From the IMG/VR virus record IMGVR_UViG_3300048062_000147: DNA of 53,442 nucleotides; one strand, given 5' to 3'. The notes beneath the pieces are model-generated. The model was not told where the DNA came from. It saw only the letters and a list, made by a program, of their open reading frames with translations, and ran no database searches. The translations under genes and the position numbers were made by a program. Every line of letters starts with the position of its first letter. The first letter of the stretch is position 1. Positions 22,141 through 30,100 of this stretch are shown in pieces. The stretch is from a virus.

Positions 22141-22278
22141 ATGAAAGAAGACTTGATGGAGATATTCAAGGATATGAATATCGTTACCATATTTGTAATC
22201 GTAATGCTATTACCAATGGCTATAGGTTACGTTTTAACGACAGCTATTCAAAAGCTGTTTGGTTTATTCACCAGATAA
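22141..22278 (+). CDS. Possible 45-aa single-pass membrane peptide
   Basis: MKEDLMEIFKDMNIVTIFVIVMLLPMAIGYVLTTAIQKLFGLFTR. It fills an otherwise empty gap and has a clear TM helix. Confidence 0.4.
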   Translation: MKEDLMEIFKDMNIVTIFVIVMLLPMAIGYVLTTAIQKLFGLFTR

Positions 22279-22289
22279 AAACAAAAGAG

Positions 22290-22490
22290 ATGACAAAAGA
22301 AGAAACAATCAAGAAGATGAATGAGAGCACCAACCTTATGACCAAGGGTCAGATGATGGATGAGCTCTACTCAGTAATCGAAAGGATGAAAAACAGAGCT
22401 GAAGCAGATTACGATGCTCTGAATCTGTTAGATGCATCACGCATCGAATGTCTACTAGAAAACTACGAGATTCTAGCTAAGACTGAATAA
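22290..22490 (+). CDS. Hypothetical protein
   Basis: 66-aa ORF. Confidence 0.55.
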   Translation: MTKEETIKKMNESTNLMTKGQMMDELYSVIERMKNRAEADYDALNLLDASRIECLLENYEILAKTE

Positions 22491-22512
22491 GTAACTAAAT
22501 TAAATTAACTAT

Positions 22513-23094
22513 ATGACTTTAGGAGAAAAGCTGTCTTTGATACAGCAAGAATTCAAGGCTCAAAAGAGCCGTTACAACAGCTTCGGTAAGTACAACTTCC
22601 GTTCAGCTGAAGACATCTTAGAAGGACTGAAGCTCTTCAACAAGAAGTACAAGGTATACTTTGTGGTTAAGGAAGAGGTAACGACCTCTTTCATCGGTGC
22701 GACAACTCCGGTGATGGTCTCTAAGGCTACGATACACGATATCGAAAGCGATGCATCAGTCTCGGCAACAGCCATTGTGGGTGTTGACCTAGCGCAGAAG
22801 GGGATGCAAATACCACAAGCATTCGGTAGTGCTTCTTCTTATGGGAAGAAGTACGCACTTGGAAACCTATTATTGATCGATGACACCGCAGATGCAGATG
22901 CTACGAACAGCCACGGCAACTCCGCAGCTCCGAGCAAAGCCCCTGCGAAGAAGGATGATAGCTTCCAGCAGTCTATCGATTACTTGAAGTCTACTCCAGA
23001 CGACAAGAAGGGAGCTGTACTGCAGATGATTTTAGACAAATACGGCAACAAGTTTTCTGAGAAACAAGTAGCCGCACTTAGAAAGTTTGTCTAA
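22513..23094 (+). CDS. erf: ERF-family single-strand annealing protein
   Basis: KSRYNSFGKYNFRSAEDILEGLK and GSASSYGKKYALGNLLLIDD match the hallmark ERF segments. An exonuclease gene follows directly. Confidence 0.7.
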   Translation: MTLGEKLSLIQQEFKAQKSRYNSFGKYNFRSAEDILEGLKLFNKKYKVYFVVKEEVTTSFIGATTPVMVSKATIHDIESDASVSATAIVGVDLAQKGMQIPQAFGSASSYGKKYALGNLLLIDDTADADATNSHGNSAAPSKAPAKKDDSFQQSIDYLKSTPDDKKGAVLQMILDKYGNKFSEKQVAALRKFV

Positions 23095-23903
23095 TGGAGT
23101 TTGCTAAGTTATTGGTGGAGCGGACGGGTAAACCATACCTGTCCTACTCCGCCCTAAAATACGCCGCAGATGGTGGGAAACAGCAGGATATGAAGCTGTT
23201 TGAACTCTATGTGCGGGGGTTACTGAAGAAGGATAGCCCAGCGCTAACCTTCGGTAGCTTATACGATATGATGCTACTCGAACCGGAGAAGGTTAATGAG
23301 AGCTTCTACGTTCTTGACGACAGCGAAATCATCGCTGAACTAAAAGACGAATACAAGAACCCCAGAGCCTCGAAAGCCTACAAGGAATGGAAGGCGTCAC
23401 AAGAATCGGATGGGCGCACTCAGGTGAATGAGGAGGATTGGCAGATGGCTGTCGATATGATTAATCGTTTGGACAGCTCCGAGATTGTGGACCCTGAGAC
23501 CGGGGAGATGATCCCGGTACGCAACTTCCTTCAGGGACAAGCTCAGGTTGAATTCAATACTTGGATAGAAGAGATACCGGTACGAGGTTTCTTCGATGTA
23601 TTGGGTGACGGCTTCGTAACGGACAGCAAGTCCACAAGAAACGTATATGGCTTCAAGTACGATGTCAAGTCTTTTGACTATGACATCCAAGCCTACATCT
23701 ACACTCAGGTAGCGAAGACAGATACCTTCTATTGGGTAGCTCAAGGCAAGTCTAAGCCCTATCTAACAGCTGTTTACAAAGCTTCTCCGCAGATTATTGC
23801 TTCTGGGGAGCGTAAGTTTTGGTCCGGCGTTAGAAACATTGAGAGATGGCTCCGAGACCCATCAAAGGGCACGGAGACATTTGCTATCTACCAAGAGATA
23901 TGA
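23094..23903 (+). CDS. PD-(D/E)XK (YqaJ/RecB-like) exonuclease
   Basis: 269 aa, start overlapping the erf stop. It has the acidic-Lys motif FDVLGDGFVTDSKS and is the classical partner of an annealing protein. Confidence 0.6.
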   Translation: MEFAKLLVERTGKPYLSYSALKYAADGGKQQDMKLFELYVRGLLKKDSPALTFGSLYDMMLLEPEKVNESFYVLDDSEIIAELKDEYKNPRASKAYKEWKASQESDGRTQVNEEDWQMAVDMINRLDSSEIVDPETGEMIPVRNFLQGQAQVEFNTWIEEIPVRGFFDVLGDGFVTDSKSTRNVYGFKYDVKSFDYDIQAYIYTQVAKTDTFYWVAQGKSKPYLTAVYKASPQIIASGERKFWSGVRNIERWLRDPSKGTETFAIYQEI

Positions 23904-23927
23904 GTGTATAAATTTGTTTATTAATCC

Positions 23928-23965
23928 GAGACAACATACATTTGTCTCACAACTTAAATTTAATT
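23928..23965 (+). promoter_or_regulatory. Hairpin + ACTTAAATTTAATT element (second cassette type)
   Basis: GAGACA-N9-TGTCTC at 23928-23948, followed by ACAACTTAAATTTAATTAG. ATG is at 23970. It shares only the AACTTAA part with the 17-mer. Confidence 0.5.
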
Positions 23966-23969
23966 AGTT

Positions 23970-24233
23970 ATGGCAGAAGAGAAAATTTTTGCAAACGGAT
24001 TCTCTTTCAAGAGAAGAGAGAACGCTCCTGATTTTGTTATCGGGAATCAATCAATCAAGGTTGACGATGCTATCAGCTTTCTGAACAAGCATCAAAAGAA
24101 CGGTTGGGTCAACCTTGACGTCAAGCAAGCAAAGAATGGTAACTATTACCTAGAACTTGACACTTGGGAGCCGAAAGGCGGCGCTAAGGCGACACACAAC
24201 CCAACAACACCAAGCGGTGACCTTCCGTTCTAA
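23970..24233 (+). CDS. Small SSB-like protein
   Basis: 87 aa ending in GDLPF, which matches the D-(I/L)-P-F tip typical of the bacterial SSB C-terminus. It lies next to the recombination genes. The OB fold is not verifiable by eye. Confidence 0.45.
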   Translation: MAEEKIFANGFSFKRRENAPDFVIGNQSIKVDDAISFLNKHQKNGWVNLDVKQAKNGNYYLELDTWEPKGGAKATHNPTTPSGDLPF

Positions 24234-24252
24234 ACAGGTTATCAGTGATAGG

Positions 24253-24286
24253 GGCGGAGCTGAGAGGCTCCGCCTTCCTATTTATT
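24253..24286 (+). terminator. Intrinsic terminator candidate
   Basis: GGCGGAGC-TGAGAG-GCTCCGCC at 24253-24274, followed by the T-rich TTCCTATTTATT. Confidence 0.45.
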
Positions 24287-24300
24287 ACCTAGAGGTAGAG

Positions 24301-24507
24301 ATGGCTTACTTCAAGACAAAAGCTTGGAGAAAGATGAACACGTGGGTGGTCACCTTCGTGGAAGACAAAGACAGAATACTTAAGGATGATTTCAAAACAA
24401 ACTCCAGACTCAACGATGAATTCTACGGGTCAAAATTCAAAGGACAGAGAGGGCTCAGAATCGACAGAGTCATCAGCAAAAAAAGAATCGGATACACCAA
24501 CTGGTGA
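24301..24507 (+). CDS. Hypothetical protein
   Basis: I place the start at ATG 24301 (MAYFKTKAW...). The longer track ORF overlaps the SSB-like gene and the terminator hairpin. Confidence 0.5.
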   Translation: MAYFKTKAWRKMNTWVVTFVEDKDRILKDDFKTNSRLNDEFYGSKFKGQRGLRIDRVISKKRIGYTNW

Positions 24508-24780
24508 TCAGATATTTATCTACTGGGAACAATGAGAGAAACACATCCAATATTAGACAGCAAAGAATTCAAGTCGCTGCCTTGGCGCAAACGTATTATC
24601 GTTAGGCTCAAGGTGGCTTTCGCTGAATTCATATCAATGCTTTAACGAGGTATAACATAATGTCGGGGAGGAGTATTTTTTGGTTTGACATTTGCCTTCG
24701 TGGTGAAGGCGCCTCCCCACATTTACCTGACTAAACGTGTACCAAAGTGGTACACGAGTAACCTTCAAAACAAAAGAGAG

Positions 24781-25335
24781 ATGAATTGGCTAAAACGATT
24801 ATTCACCAGGGAAAAGAAAGAAAAATGGACAGCTACTTACTGTTCGGATAACTACGAAGTTAGTAACCTAGGAAGGGTGCGGAGTCTAGACAGGCTTACC
24901 ACTGACGGAAGGCTTTATAAAGGAAGACTAAAGAAGTTAAGCCTATGTAAAACTGGCTACCTTAAAGTGAATGTCACCATTGATGGGAAAAATAAAGTAT
25001 ATAACGTCCATCAGTTAGTATACTGCTCCTTTAACAAGGGTGAGCTGAGTGGCTATAAATATGTAGTAGATCATATTAACGGTGACCCTTTAGACAATAG
25101 ATTAGATAACCTTCAATTTGTTTCGCAATGGGAAAATGTTATGAAGGGGAGAGCAAACAAGTACAACTTACCTAAGTACATTACAGCTTGTCCTTACCAC
25201 TACGACAGGAGTAAGTTGATGTATTGTTACATACCTGTCATTAACAAAAAGCAGCGTGTTCTTAAATCGTCTATAGATCTACAAAAAGTTTTGAAGTTTA
25301 AAGAGGAGCATCAAAAAAGTTTGTCTATCGAATAG
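24781..25335 (+). CDS. HNH homing endonuclease (NUMOD4 + HNH_3 type)
   Basis: YEVSNLGRVRS (NUMOD4-like) and VDHINGDPLDNRLDNLQ (HNH). I place the start at ATG 24781, because the track's upstream extension is a structured leader. Confidence 0.9.
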   Translation: MNWLKRLFTREKKEKWTATYCSDNYEVSNLGRVRSLDRLTTDGRLYKGRLKKLSLCKTGYLKVNVTIDGKNKVYNVHQLVYCSFNKGELSGYKYVVDHINGDPLDNRLDNLQFVSQWENVMKGRANKYNLPKYITACPYHYDRSKLMYCYIPVINKKQRVLKSSIDLQKVLKFKEEHQKSLSIE

Positions 25336-25338
25336 TAG

Positions 25339-25446
25339 AAACCTTTAACACCAAAGAGAAATGAAAAAAGTAAGGGTATAACCTCACGGAAATTGAATTG
25401 AGTCAAGTTATAACCTTACAAAACCTTTAACACCAAAGAGAAATGA
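25339..25446 (+). repeat. 26-nt perfect direct repeat AAACCTTTAACACCAAAGAGAAATGA (25339-25364 and 25421-25446)
   Basis: Both copies were read directly. Each ends in an ATG. The first opens a 6-codon ORF and the second a 28-codon ORF. Confidence 0.9.
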
Positions 25447-25529
25447 TAGAGCTAAAATGGTTTGTGGTTTTTTTGACTATAGCATTGAGTATGATATTCA
25501 TATACCTCACAGGAAAGGATGATAATTAA
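25443..25529 (+). CDS. Possible 28-aa membrane peptide
   Basis: MIELKWFVVFLTIALSMIFIYLTGKDDN, starting at the ATG of the second repeat copy. Confidence 0.3.
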   Translation: MIELKWFVVFLTIALSMIFIYLTGKDDN

Positions 25530-25710
25530 TAACGCAATAGAGATGAAAGAAGAGAACTTGAACATTGAGTGGTGGCATAAGAGGATGATCCTATATGCCT
25601 TGAAAAAATTTGATACACAACAAGAAGCGGCAGATGCCCTTGGTTGTAGCACTAGACATTTAATCAGGAAAAAAAGAGAGTACTATGAAGACAAACTACA
25701 AGACAAGTAG
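25519..25710 (+). CDS. Fis/NtrC-type HTH DNA-binding protein
   Basis: QEAADALGCSTRHLIRKKREY resembles the HTH_8 pattern (LGISRRTLYRKLKEY). Confidence 0.55.
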   Translation: MIINNAIEMKEENLNIEWWHKRMILYALKKFDTQQEAADALGCSTRHLIRKKREYYEDKLQDK

Positions 25711-25858
25711 AACAGCTGAAGCTCGTGAGACAATCATTAGGATTGCTCGCTACGCTAGTAAGAATATGATGAGAACTAAAAATAAATCAGAGCAGTACGC
25801 AAAGATTATCGATGCGTGTATGCGTGATATCAATGACTATGGAATCGAACAAGATTAA
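25685..25858 (+). CDS. Possible 57-aa basic protein
   Basis: MKTNYKTSRTAEARETIIRIARYASKNMMRTKNK..., an ORF below the track cutoff that bridges two genes. Confidence 0.35.
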   Translation: MKTNYKTSRTAEARETIIRIARYASKNMMRTKNKSEQYAKIIDACMRDINDYGIEQD

Positions 25859-26102
25859 AGATGCTATCATAGAAAGATACGCTGATAGTGATGACATATT
25901 ATTCGCTGACGGTCTTGACAATGCAATTGTTGGGTTTGACCCAAACAACTGGAAGGTTGTATACTCACGTAGCATATGCATCTCTATACTCTGTGAAGAT
26001 ATGAGTGAAGAGGAAGCCATTGACCACCTTGAGTACAACACATTCAATGCATACGTGGGGAAAAAGACTCCATTGTGGATAGATGACTTTGGGTGGTACT
26101 GA
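25833..26102 (+). CDS. Hypothetical protein
   Basis: I place the start at ATG 25833 (MTMESNKIKD...). Confidence 0.55.
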   Translation: MTMESNKIKDAIIERYADSDDILFADGLDNAIVGFDPNNWKVVYSRSICISILCEDMSEEEAIDHLEYNTFNAYVGKKTPLWIDDFGWY

Positions 26103-26206
26103 TGACAGCTCCTGATGTTATTTTAGCTGTTGTTGTAATTGCTCTATGGAATGGGTACTTAATTTATAGAATGAATAGAGATGACAAGAAAAAGAAAGCA
26201 CGTTAA
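26102..26206 (+). CDS. Possible 34-aa membrane peptide
   Basis: MTAPDVILAVVVIALWNGYLIYRMNRDDKKKKAR. Its ATG overlaps the upstream TGA. Confidence 0.3.
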   Translation: MTAPDVILAVVVIALWNGYLIYRMNRDDKKKKAR

Positions 26207-26366
26207 AGAGGTTCAGAAGTATTTAGATATGCTTATGCTGGACCAAGTAAACCTCAGCATATATGCTAGTAGGTTTGGATGGAGTGATCAGATACAGCAC
26301 CAGCTGTCAAACTCAGCACTGCTAATTAGAAAGTATCAACGCCGACTCAGGCTAATCAAGATGTAA
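26181..26366 (+). CDS. Hypothetical basic protein
   Basis: 61-aa ORF. Confidence 0.45.
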   Translation: MTRKRKHVKEVQKYLDMLMLDQVNLSIYASRFGWSDQIQHQLSNSALLIRKYQRRLRLIKM

Positions 26367-26713
26367 TGAGGGAATGCAGTATTTGTAAAGAGCTAAAGAC
26401 GATAGACAACTTCCACAGAAGAGGTAATGGTCATAGAACAGAATGCAAGTCCTGCAAATCTATAATAGACTCCAAGAGAAAAAGAGATAGAGATCCTTTC
26501 TTTTCAGTGTACTACATTCCTGAACATCATTACGTAGGTATGACTAATTCTATTAAATATAGAATGCAAGAACACAAAACGAAAGGAAAGATAGTAGACG
26601 GCTATGAAGTAATAGGCACCTATGAAAGAGCTGTAGATGCACATCTCGTTGAAACTACGCTGCATACTATGGGATACTTTGGGTTCTATTATAAAGGAAG
26701 TAAAAAGAAATAG
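26366..26713 (+). CDS. GIY-YIG-like nuclease with N-terminal CxxC...CxxC zinc finger
   Basis: CSICKE...CKSCK followed by VYYIPEHHYVGMTNSIKYRMQEH, which fits the pattern GIY-x-YVG-x-R-x-H. Confidence 0.55.
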   Translation: MRECSICKELKTIDNFHRRGNGHRTECKSCKSIIDSKRKRDRDPFFSVYYIPEHHYVGMTNSIKYRMQEHKTKGKIVDGYEVIGTYERAVDAHLVETTLHTMGYFGFYYKGSKKK

Positions 26714-26715
26714 AT

Positions 26716-27162
26716 ATGATTTACTCAGCTAGAAAATTTAACTCAAGAGAATACGATAAGTATGACAGTTGGGCTAAGGATATTGCATCAGTTTTTTTAG
26801 AGTCTAGAGGTCATTACATTATTAGCGGTGAAGAGGATTACAATCACGACCTAGTAACAAAGAGATATAATCAGCTGTATTACTTTGAGCTAGAGGTTAA
26901 GGTAGGATATCCATTCACATCTGATCAAGATTATAGATTTGACACTGTTAGTTTCTTAGGCAGGAAGAAAAGGCTTCACGATATCAAGCCTTTTTTCTAT
27001 GTTATAATTTGCAAAGAAACTTCAGCAGCACTGTATTGCACTTCTGATATTATTTATGACGACGATCACATAGAGTATGTGGATGTTAATTCGAACAATA
27101 GAACTGGTAATGATAAAATGTATAGAGTTCCAGTAAGTAAATGCGGATTTTTTAATTTATAG
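26716..27162 (+). CDS. PD-(D/E)XK nuclease-fold protein candidate
   Basis: HDLV...YYFELEVKVG fits D-x(n)-E-x-K. Confidence 0.4.
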   Translation: MIYSARKFNSREYDKYDSWAKDIASVFLESRGHYIISGEEDYNHDLVTKRYNQLYYFELEVKVGYPFTSDQDYRFDTVSFLGRKKRLHDIKPFFYVIICKETSAALYCTSDIIYDDDHIEYVDVNSNNRTGNDKMYRVPVSKCGFFNL

Positions 27163-27164
27163 AT

Positions 27165-27371
27165 ATGGCATATTTAGACAACAAAGAACACAAGAAGATT
27201 ATCGACTGCGTACTCGAACAGAACGCAAAGCTGTTCCAGAACTTAGGCGAGGACTGCCCCAAGGCAGACTATGAAAAAGCAAAGCTTGAAGAACGTAGGA
27301 AGCTACGTAGGATAATGGATTTAGATCCTGAGAAAATAGGTAGGCTAGTTAAAGACTCACTCGATGACTAA
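27165..27371 (+). CDS. Hypothetical protein
   Basis: 68-aa ORF. Confidence 0.5.
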   Translation: MAYLDNKEHKKIIDCVLEQNAKLFQNLGEDCPKADYEKAKLEERRKLRRIMDLDPEKIGRLVKDSLDD

Positions 27372-27852
27372 GGATGATATCAAAAGAGTTTGTGACAACA
27401 CAAAGAATCTCTTAGTAAAAAAGAACGAGGCATACGGCGACAGCGCACTCAATCCACTAGGCATCTTCGGAAATGGAGATGCCGTCGTGTCTCTAGGGGC
27501 TAGGATGGATGACAAGCTGATGCGCCTGAAGGGTCTTGGCATAGGCAAAGAATCGATAGATACTTTGTACGACCTACACGGATACATAACTTTACTTATT
27601 ATCGCAATCGAAAGAAAAGAAAACCTAAACAGCTTAGATTCTGTATGTGATGACGATAGTAATACAACAAAATTAATTTCAGATGCTAGAGAAAACCATA
27701 ACGATGTTCAAGAACGTCAGGGATACGACCGACCCACAACACACTACCATACAAATCTCACTGGAGCGTATCAAGAGTGGCAAACAGAAATCCTTGATAG
27801 AGAGGGTACGTGGAGTACACAGCGTGGACCAGAACGGGAATCCGATTCCTGA
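27364..27852 (+). CDS. Small helical protein (DUF1599/MazG-like pattern KNEAYGDS...DKLMRL); 3' end uncertain
   Basis: The N-terminal 90 aa look like a real domain. The last 56 codons overlap the primase gene out of frame and are low-complexity. Confidence 0.45.
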   Translation: MTKDDIKRVCDNTKNLLVKKNEAYGDSALNPLGIFGNGDAVVSLGARMDDKLMRLKGLGIGKESIDTLYDLHGYITLLIIAIERKENLNSLDSVCDDDSNTTKLISDARENHNDVQERQGYDRPTTHYHTNLTGAYQEWQTEILDREGTWSTQRGPERESDS

Positions 27853-29506
27853 CAAAGAAGCTAAGCTTGAGCTTCCTGTAGTGATGTACAGCGGGAAGTT
27901 CTCCGGACGTAAAGACAATGACTTAGAAGAGCACAGCAGTGTCATCGTATTAGACTTTGACCACATAAACGTAGATGAATCCAAGCGTGTTCTAGCTACA
28001 GATGACTACGTACTTGCCTGTTGGGTGTCTCCAAGTGGAGACGGACTTAAAGCTTTGGTTAAAGTATCTACACCTAGCAAACACCGTGATCACTTCCGTG
28101 CCATATCTTCTTATATGGAACGTCAGTACGGGCTAGAGGTAGACCCTACGGGACAGAATGAAGCTCGCCTATGCTTCGAGTCATACGACCCGGAGATAAT
28201 CGTTAACGAGGATGCTAAGGTTTTCTCTTCGCTTCTTTCAGAGCGCAGTGAAAACCAAACCGCACAGTCCGCACCCAACACAGACTACAACAAGTTAGCT
28301 GTTCTTGCTGCTATGATTCGTAGGGCAGAAGACGGAGCCAAACACCAAGAGCTGCTGAAGGCGGCGAATCTTGCAGGAGGTTTCATTGCCGCAGGACGTG
28401 TAGAGGAAGACGAGGCTAAGCGTCTGCTCATCAAAGAGATACTCAAAAGAGATGTCGATAGCGAGGAAGCAGCTATAAATACCATACGAGAAGGTATTGA
28501 GCGTGGAAAGACTATGCCTGTACAGGACGTGGTTGACAATGAGAACAGAATTAAAAGAGAGATGCTCATCAACGATGGGGATATGTCTTTTATTTCCGAC
28601 TCCGATTCAGACTACCAATGGATACACAAGTTTGCCATTGGAGAGATCCCCAAAGGTCTCGACACTGGCAACGCAAGGCTAGACCAGTACTTCAGATACA
28701 AGCCTGAGTTTGTTATTATCAATGGACACTCTAACGTGGGTAAGACTACGATGGCACTGTACCTGATGGTGAATTCATCCATACGTCACGGATGGAGATG
28801 GATTGTATACAGCTCTGAGAATAAGACAGCCGCTATCAAGATGCGCCTGATGGAGTTCATACTAGATATCCCTATCAATATGATGACCTATGCTGAGCGC
28901 ACAGCTGCATTCAGCTGGGTATCTGAACACTTCAAGGTGATATCGAACTCAGATGTATACAGCTATATGGACCTGATCATCTTTGCTGAGAAGCTCATCC
29001 AGTACGAGGGTAACTACCAAGGCTTCTTCGTAGATCCTTACAACAGCTTGAAGATACAGATGGGTCAGGGGTCAGCACTGTCTACACACGACTACCATTA
29101 CGAAGCGGCTAGTGAGCTGTTGACCTTCACCAATAGACACGATATGGCTATGTGGCTTAACGCACACTCAGTGACTGAGGCGCAGAGACAGAAGGGTCCA
29201 GACGGATTGCCTGTCGCTCCGTTCGCAGAGCAGACTGAAGGAGGCGGTAAGTTCGTGAACCGCAGCGATTCTTTTCTGACGTTTCACAGACGGGTCCAAG
29301 CACCTACCTCTGATGAACGTAGAACTATGGAGTTCCACGTTCGTAAGGTACGCTCACAAGAAACTGGTGGTGAACCTACTCCATTGGATGAGCCATTCCT
29401 ATTCAGAATGAACATAGAGCGCACTGGATTCGAGACACTTGATACTCATAGGAGATTATTTGAGCCATTGGTGATAAAAAATGAGCAAACTTACTTTGAA
29501 ATCTGA
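27683..29506 (+). CDS. Primase-helicase (VirE-N/BT4734-like primase domain + P-loop DnaB/RecA-like domain)
   Basis: The N-terminus (FKNVRDT...LERIKSGK...LPVVMYSGKFSGR...VIVLDFDH) fits the BT4734/VirE N-terminal domain. It has Walker A INGHSNVGKTT and a Walker-B-like FFVDPYNS. Confidence 0.7.
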   Translation: MLEKTITMFKNVRDTTDPQHTTIQISLERIKSGKQKSLIERVRGVHSVDQNGNPIPDKEAKLELPVVMYSGKFSGRKDNDLEEHSSVIVLDFDHINVDESKRVLATDDYVLACWVSPSGDGLKALVKVSTPSKHRDHFRAISSYMERQYGLEVDPTGQNEARLCFESYDPEIIVNEDAKVFSSLLSERSENQTAQSAPNTDYNKLAVLAAMIRRAEDGAKHQELLKAANLAGGFIAAGRVEEDEAKRLLIKEILKRDVDSEEAAINTIREGIERGKTMPVQDVVDNENRIKREMLINDGDMSFISDSDSDYQWIHKFAIGEIPKGLDTGNARLDQYFRYKPEFVIINGHSNVGKTTMALYLMVNSSIRHGWRWIVYSSENKTAAIKMRLMEFILDIPINMMTYAERTAAFSWVSEHFKVISNSDVYSYMDLIIFAEKLIQYEGNYQGFFVDPYNSLKIQMGQGSALSTHDYHYEAASELLTFTNRHDMAMWLNAHSVTEAQRQKGPDGLPVAPFAEQTEGGGKFVNRSDSFLTFHRRVQAPTSDERRTMEFHVRKVRSQETGGEPTPLDEPFLFRMNIERTGFETLDTHRRLFEPLVIKNEQTYFEI

Positions 29507-29517
29507 TTGCTATTGAT

Positions 29518-29525
29518 TAGATTTG
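29518..29525 (+). promoter_or_regulatory. TAGATTTG box, 4 nt from ATG 29530
   Basis: Perfect TAnnTTTG on the plus strand. The very short distance to the ATG makes its function uncertain. Confidence 0.3.
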
Positions 29526-29529
29526 TTAT

Positions 29530-29907
29530 ATGTACGTAGATTATAACGAAGTCATAATCATCCTCCCTAAGCCACCAAGCCTCAACAAGTGGTATTCAGG
29601 CAAGCACTGGTCTATAAGAAAGAGCCAGAAGGAAAGCTACACTAAGCACATAAAGGAACAGCTAGATACGATCGATCCATTTTGTATGGATCGTTTCGTG
29701 ATTGACGTAACCTATAACTGTCGCTACGATGTAGACAATGCCATCACTTGTGCCAAGTTTCTTGCAGACTACTTGCGTGCTGAGGGATATGTTGAAGATG
29801 ACAACCCTAAGTTTTTCACTTCACAGTCAACAACATATAACCCAGAATTAAAGAAAGATGAGTTCAGAGCAAAAATTAAATGCTATGGATATAAAAGCCG
29901 TGAGTAA
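29530..29907 (+). CDS. rusA: RusA-family Holliday junction resolvase
   Basis: PKPPSLNKWYSGKHW...R and VDNAITCAKFLADYLRAEGYVEDDNP match the RusA pattern. Confidence 0.7.
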   Translation: MYVDYNEVIIILPKPPSLNKWYSGKHWSIRKSQKESYTKHIKEQLDTIDPFCMDRFVIDVTYNCRYDVDNAITCAKFLADYLRAEGYVEDDNPKFFTSQSTTYNPELKKDEFRAKIKCYGYKSRE

Positions 29908-30100
29908 ATCCTACTACACGGCTCTTTATATGGTGCACGATTTAACAACAGACCTTTACGAATCCATTCACGATGAGAAAGGCAATCCTATTCTAGACGA
30001 AGAGTTCTTATACCAGCTGATACAGCAGTACAAGAAGGTCGTTCGTGGGGAACTAGATATGATTAAATCTGCAGCAGCACAGTACAATGAGTCAAGATAA
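29858..30100 (+). CDS. Hypothetical protein (start uncertain)
   Basis: 80-aa ORF overlapping the rusA 3' end. An alternative start is ATG 29885. Confidence 0.45.
   Translation: MSSEQKLNAMDIKAVSKSYYTALYMVHDLTTDLYESIHDEKGNPILDEEFLYQLIQQYKKVVRGELDMIKSAAAQYNESR

Noticed and set aside
24157-24300. Upstream extensions of ORFs 24157..24507 and 24685..25335
   Set aside because: The first overlaps the SSB-like gene and a terminator hairpin. The second starts at TTG inside a nested stem-loop leader. Internal ATGs 24301 and 24781 give compact, motif-complete proteins.
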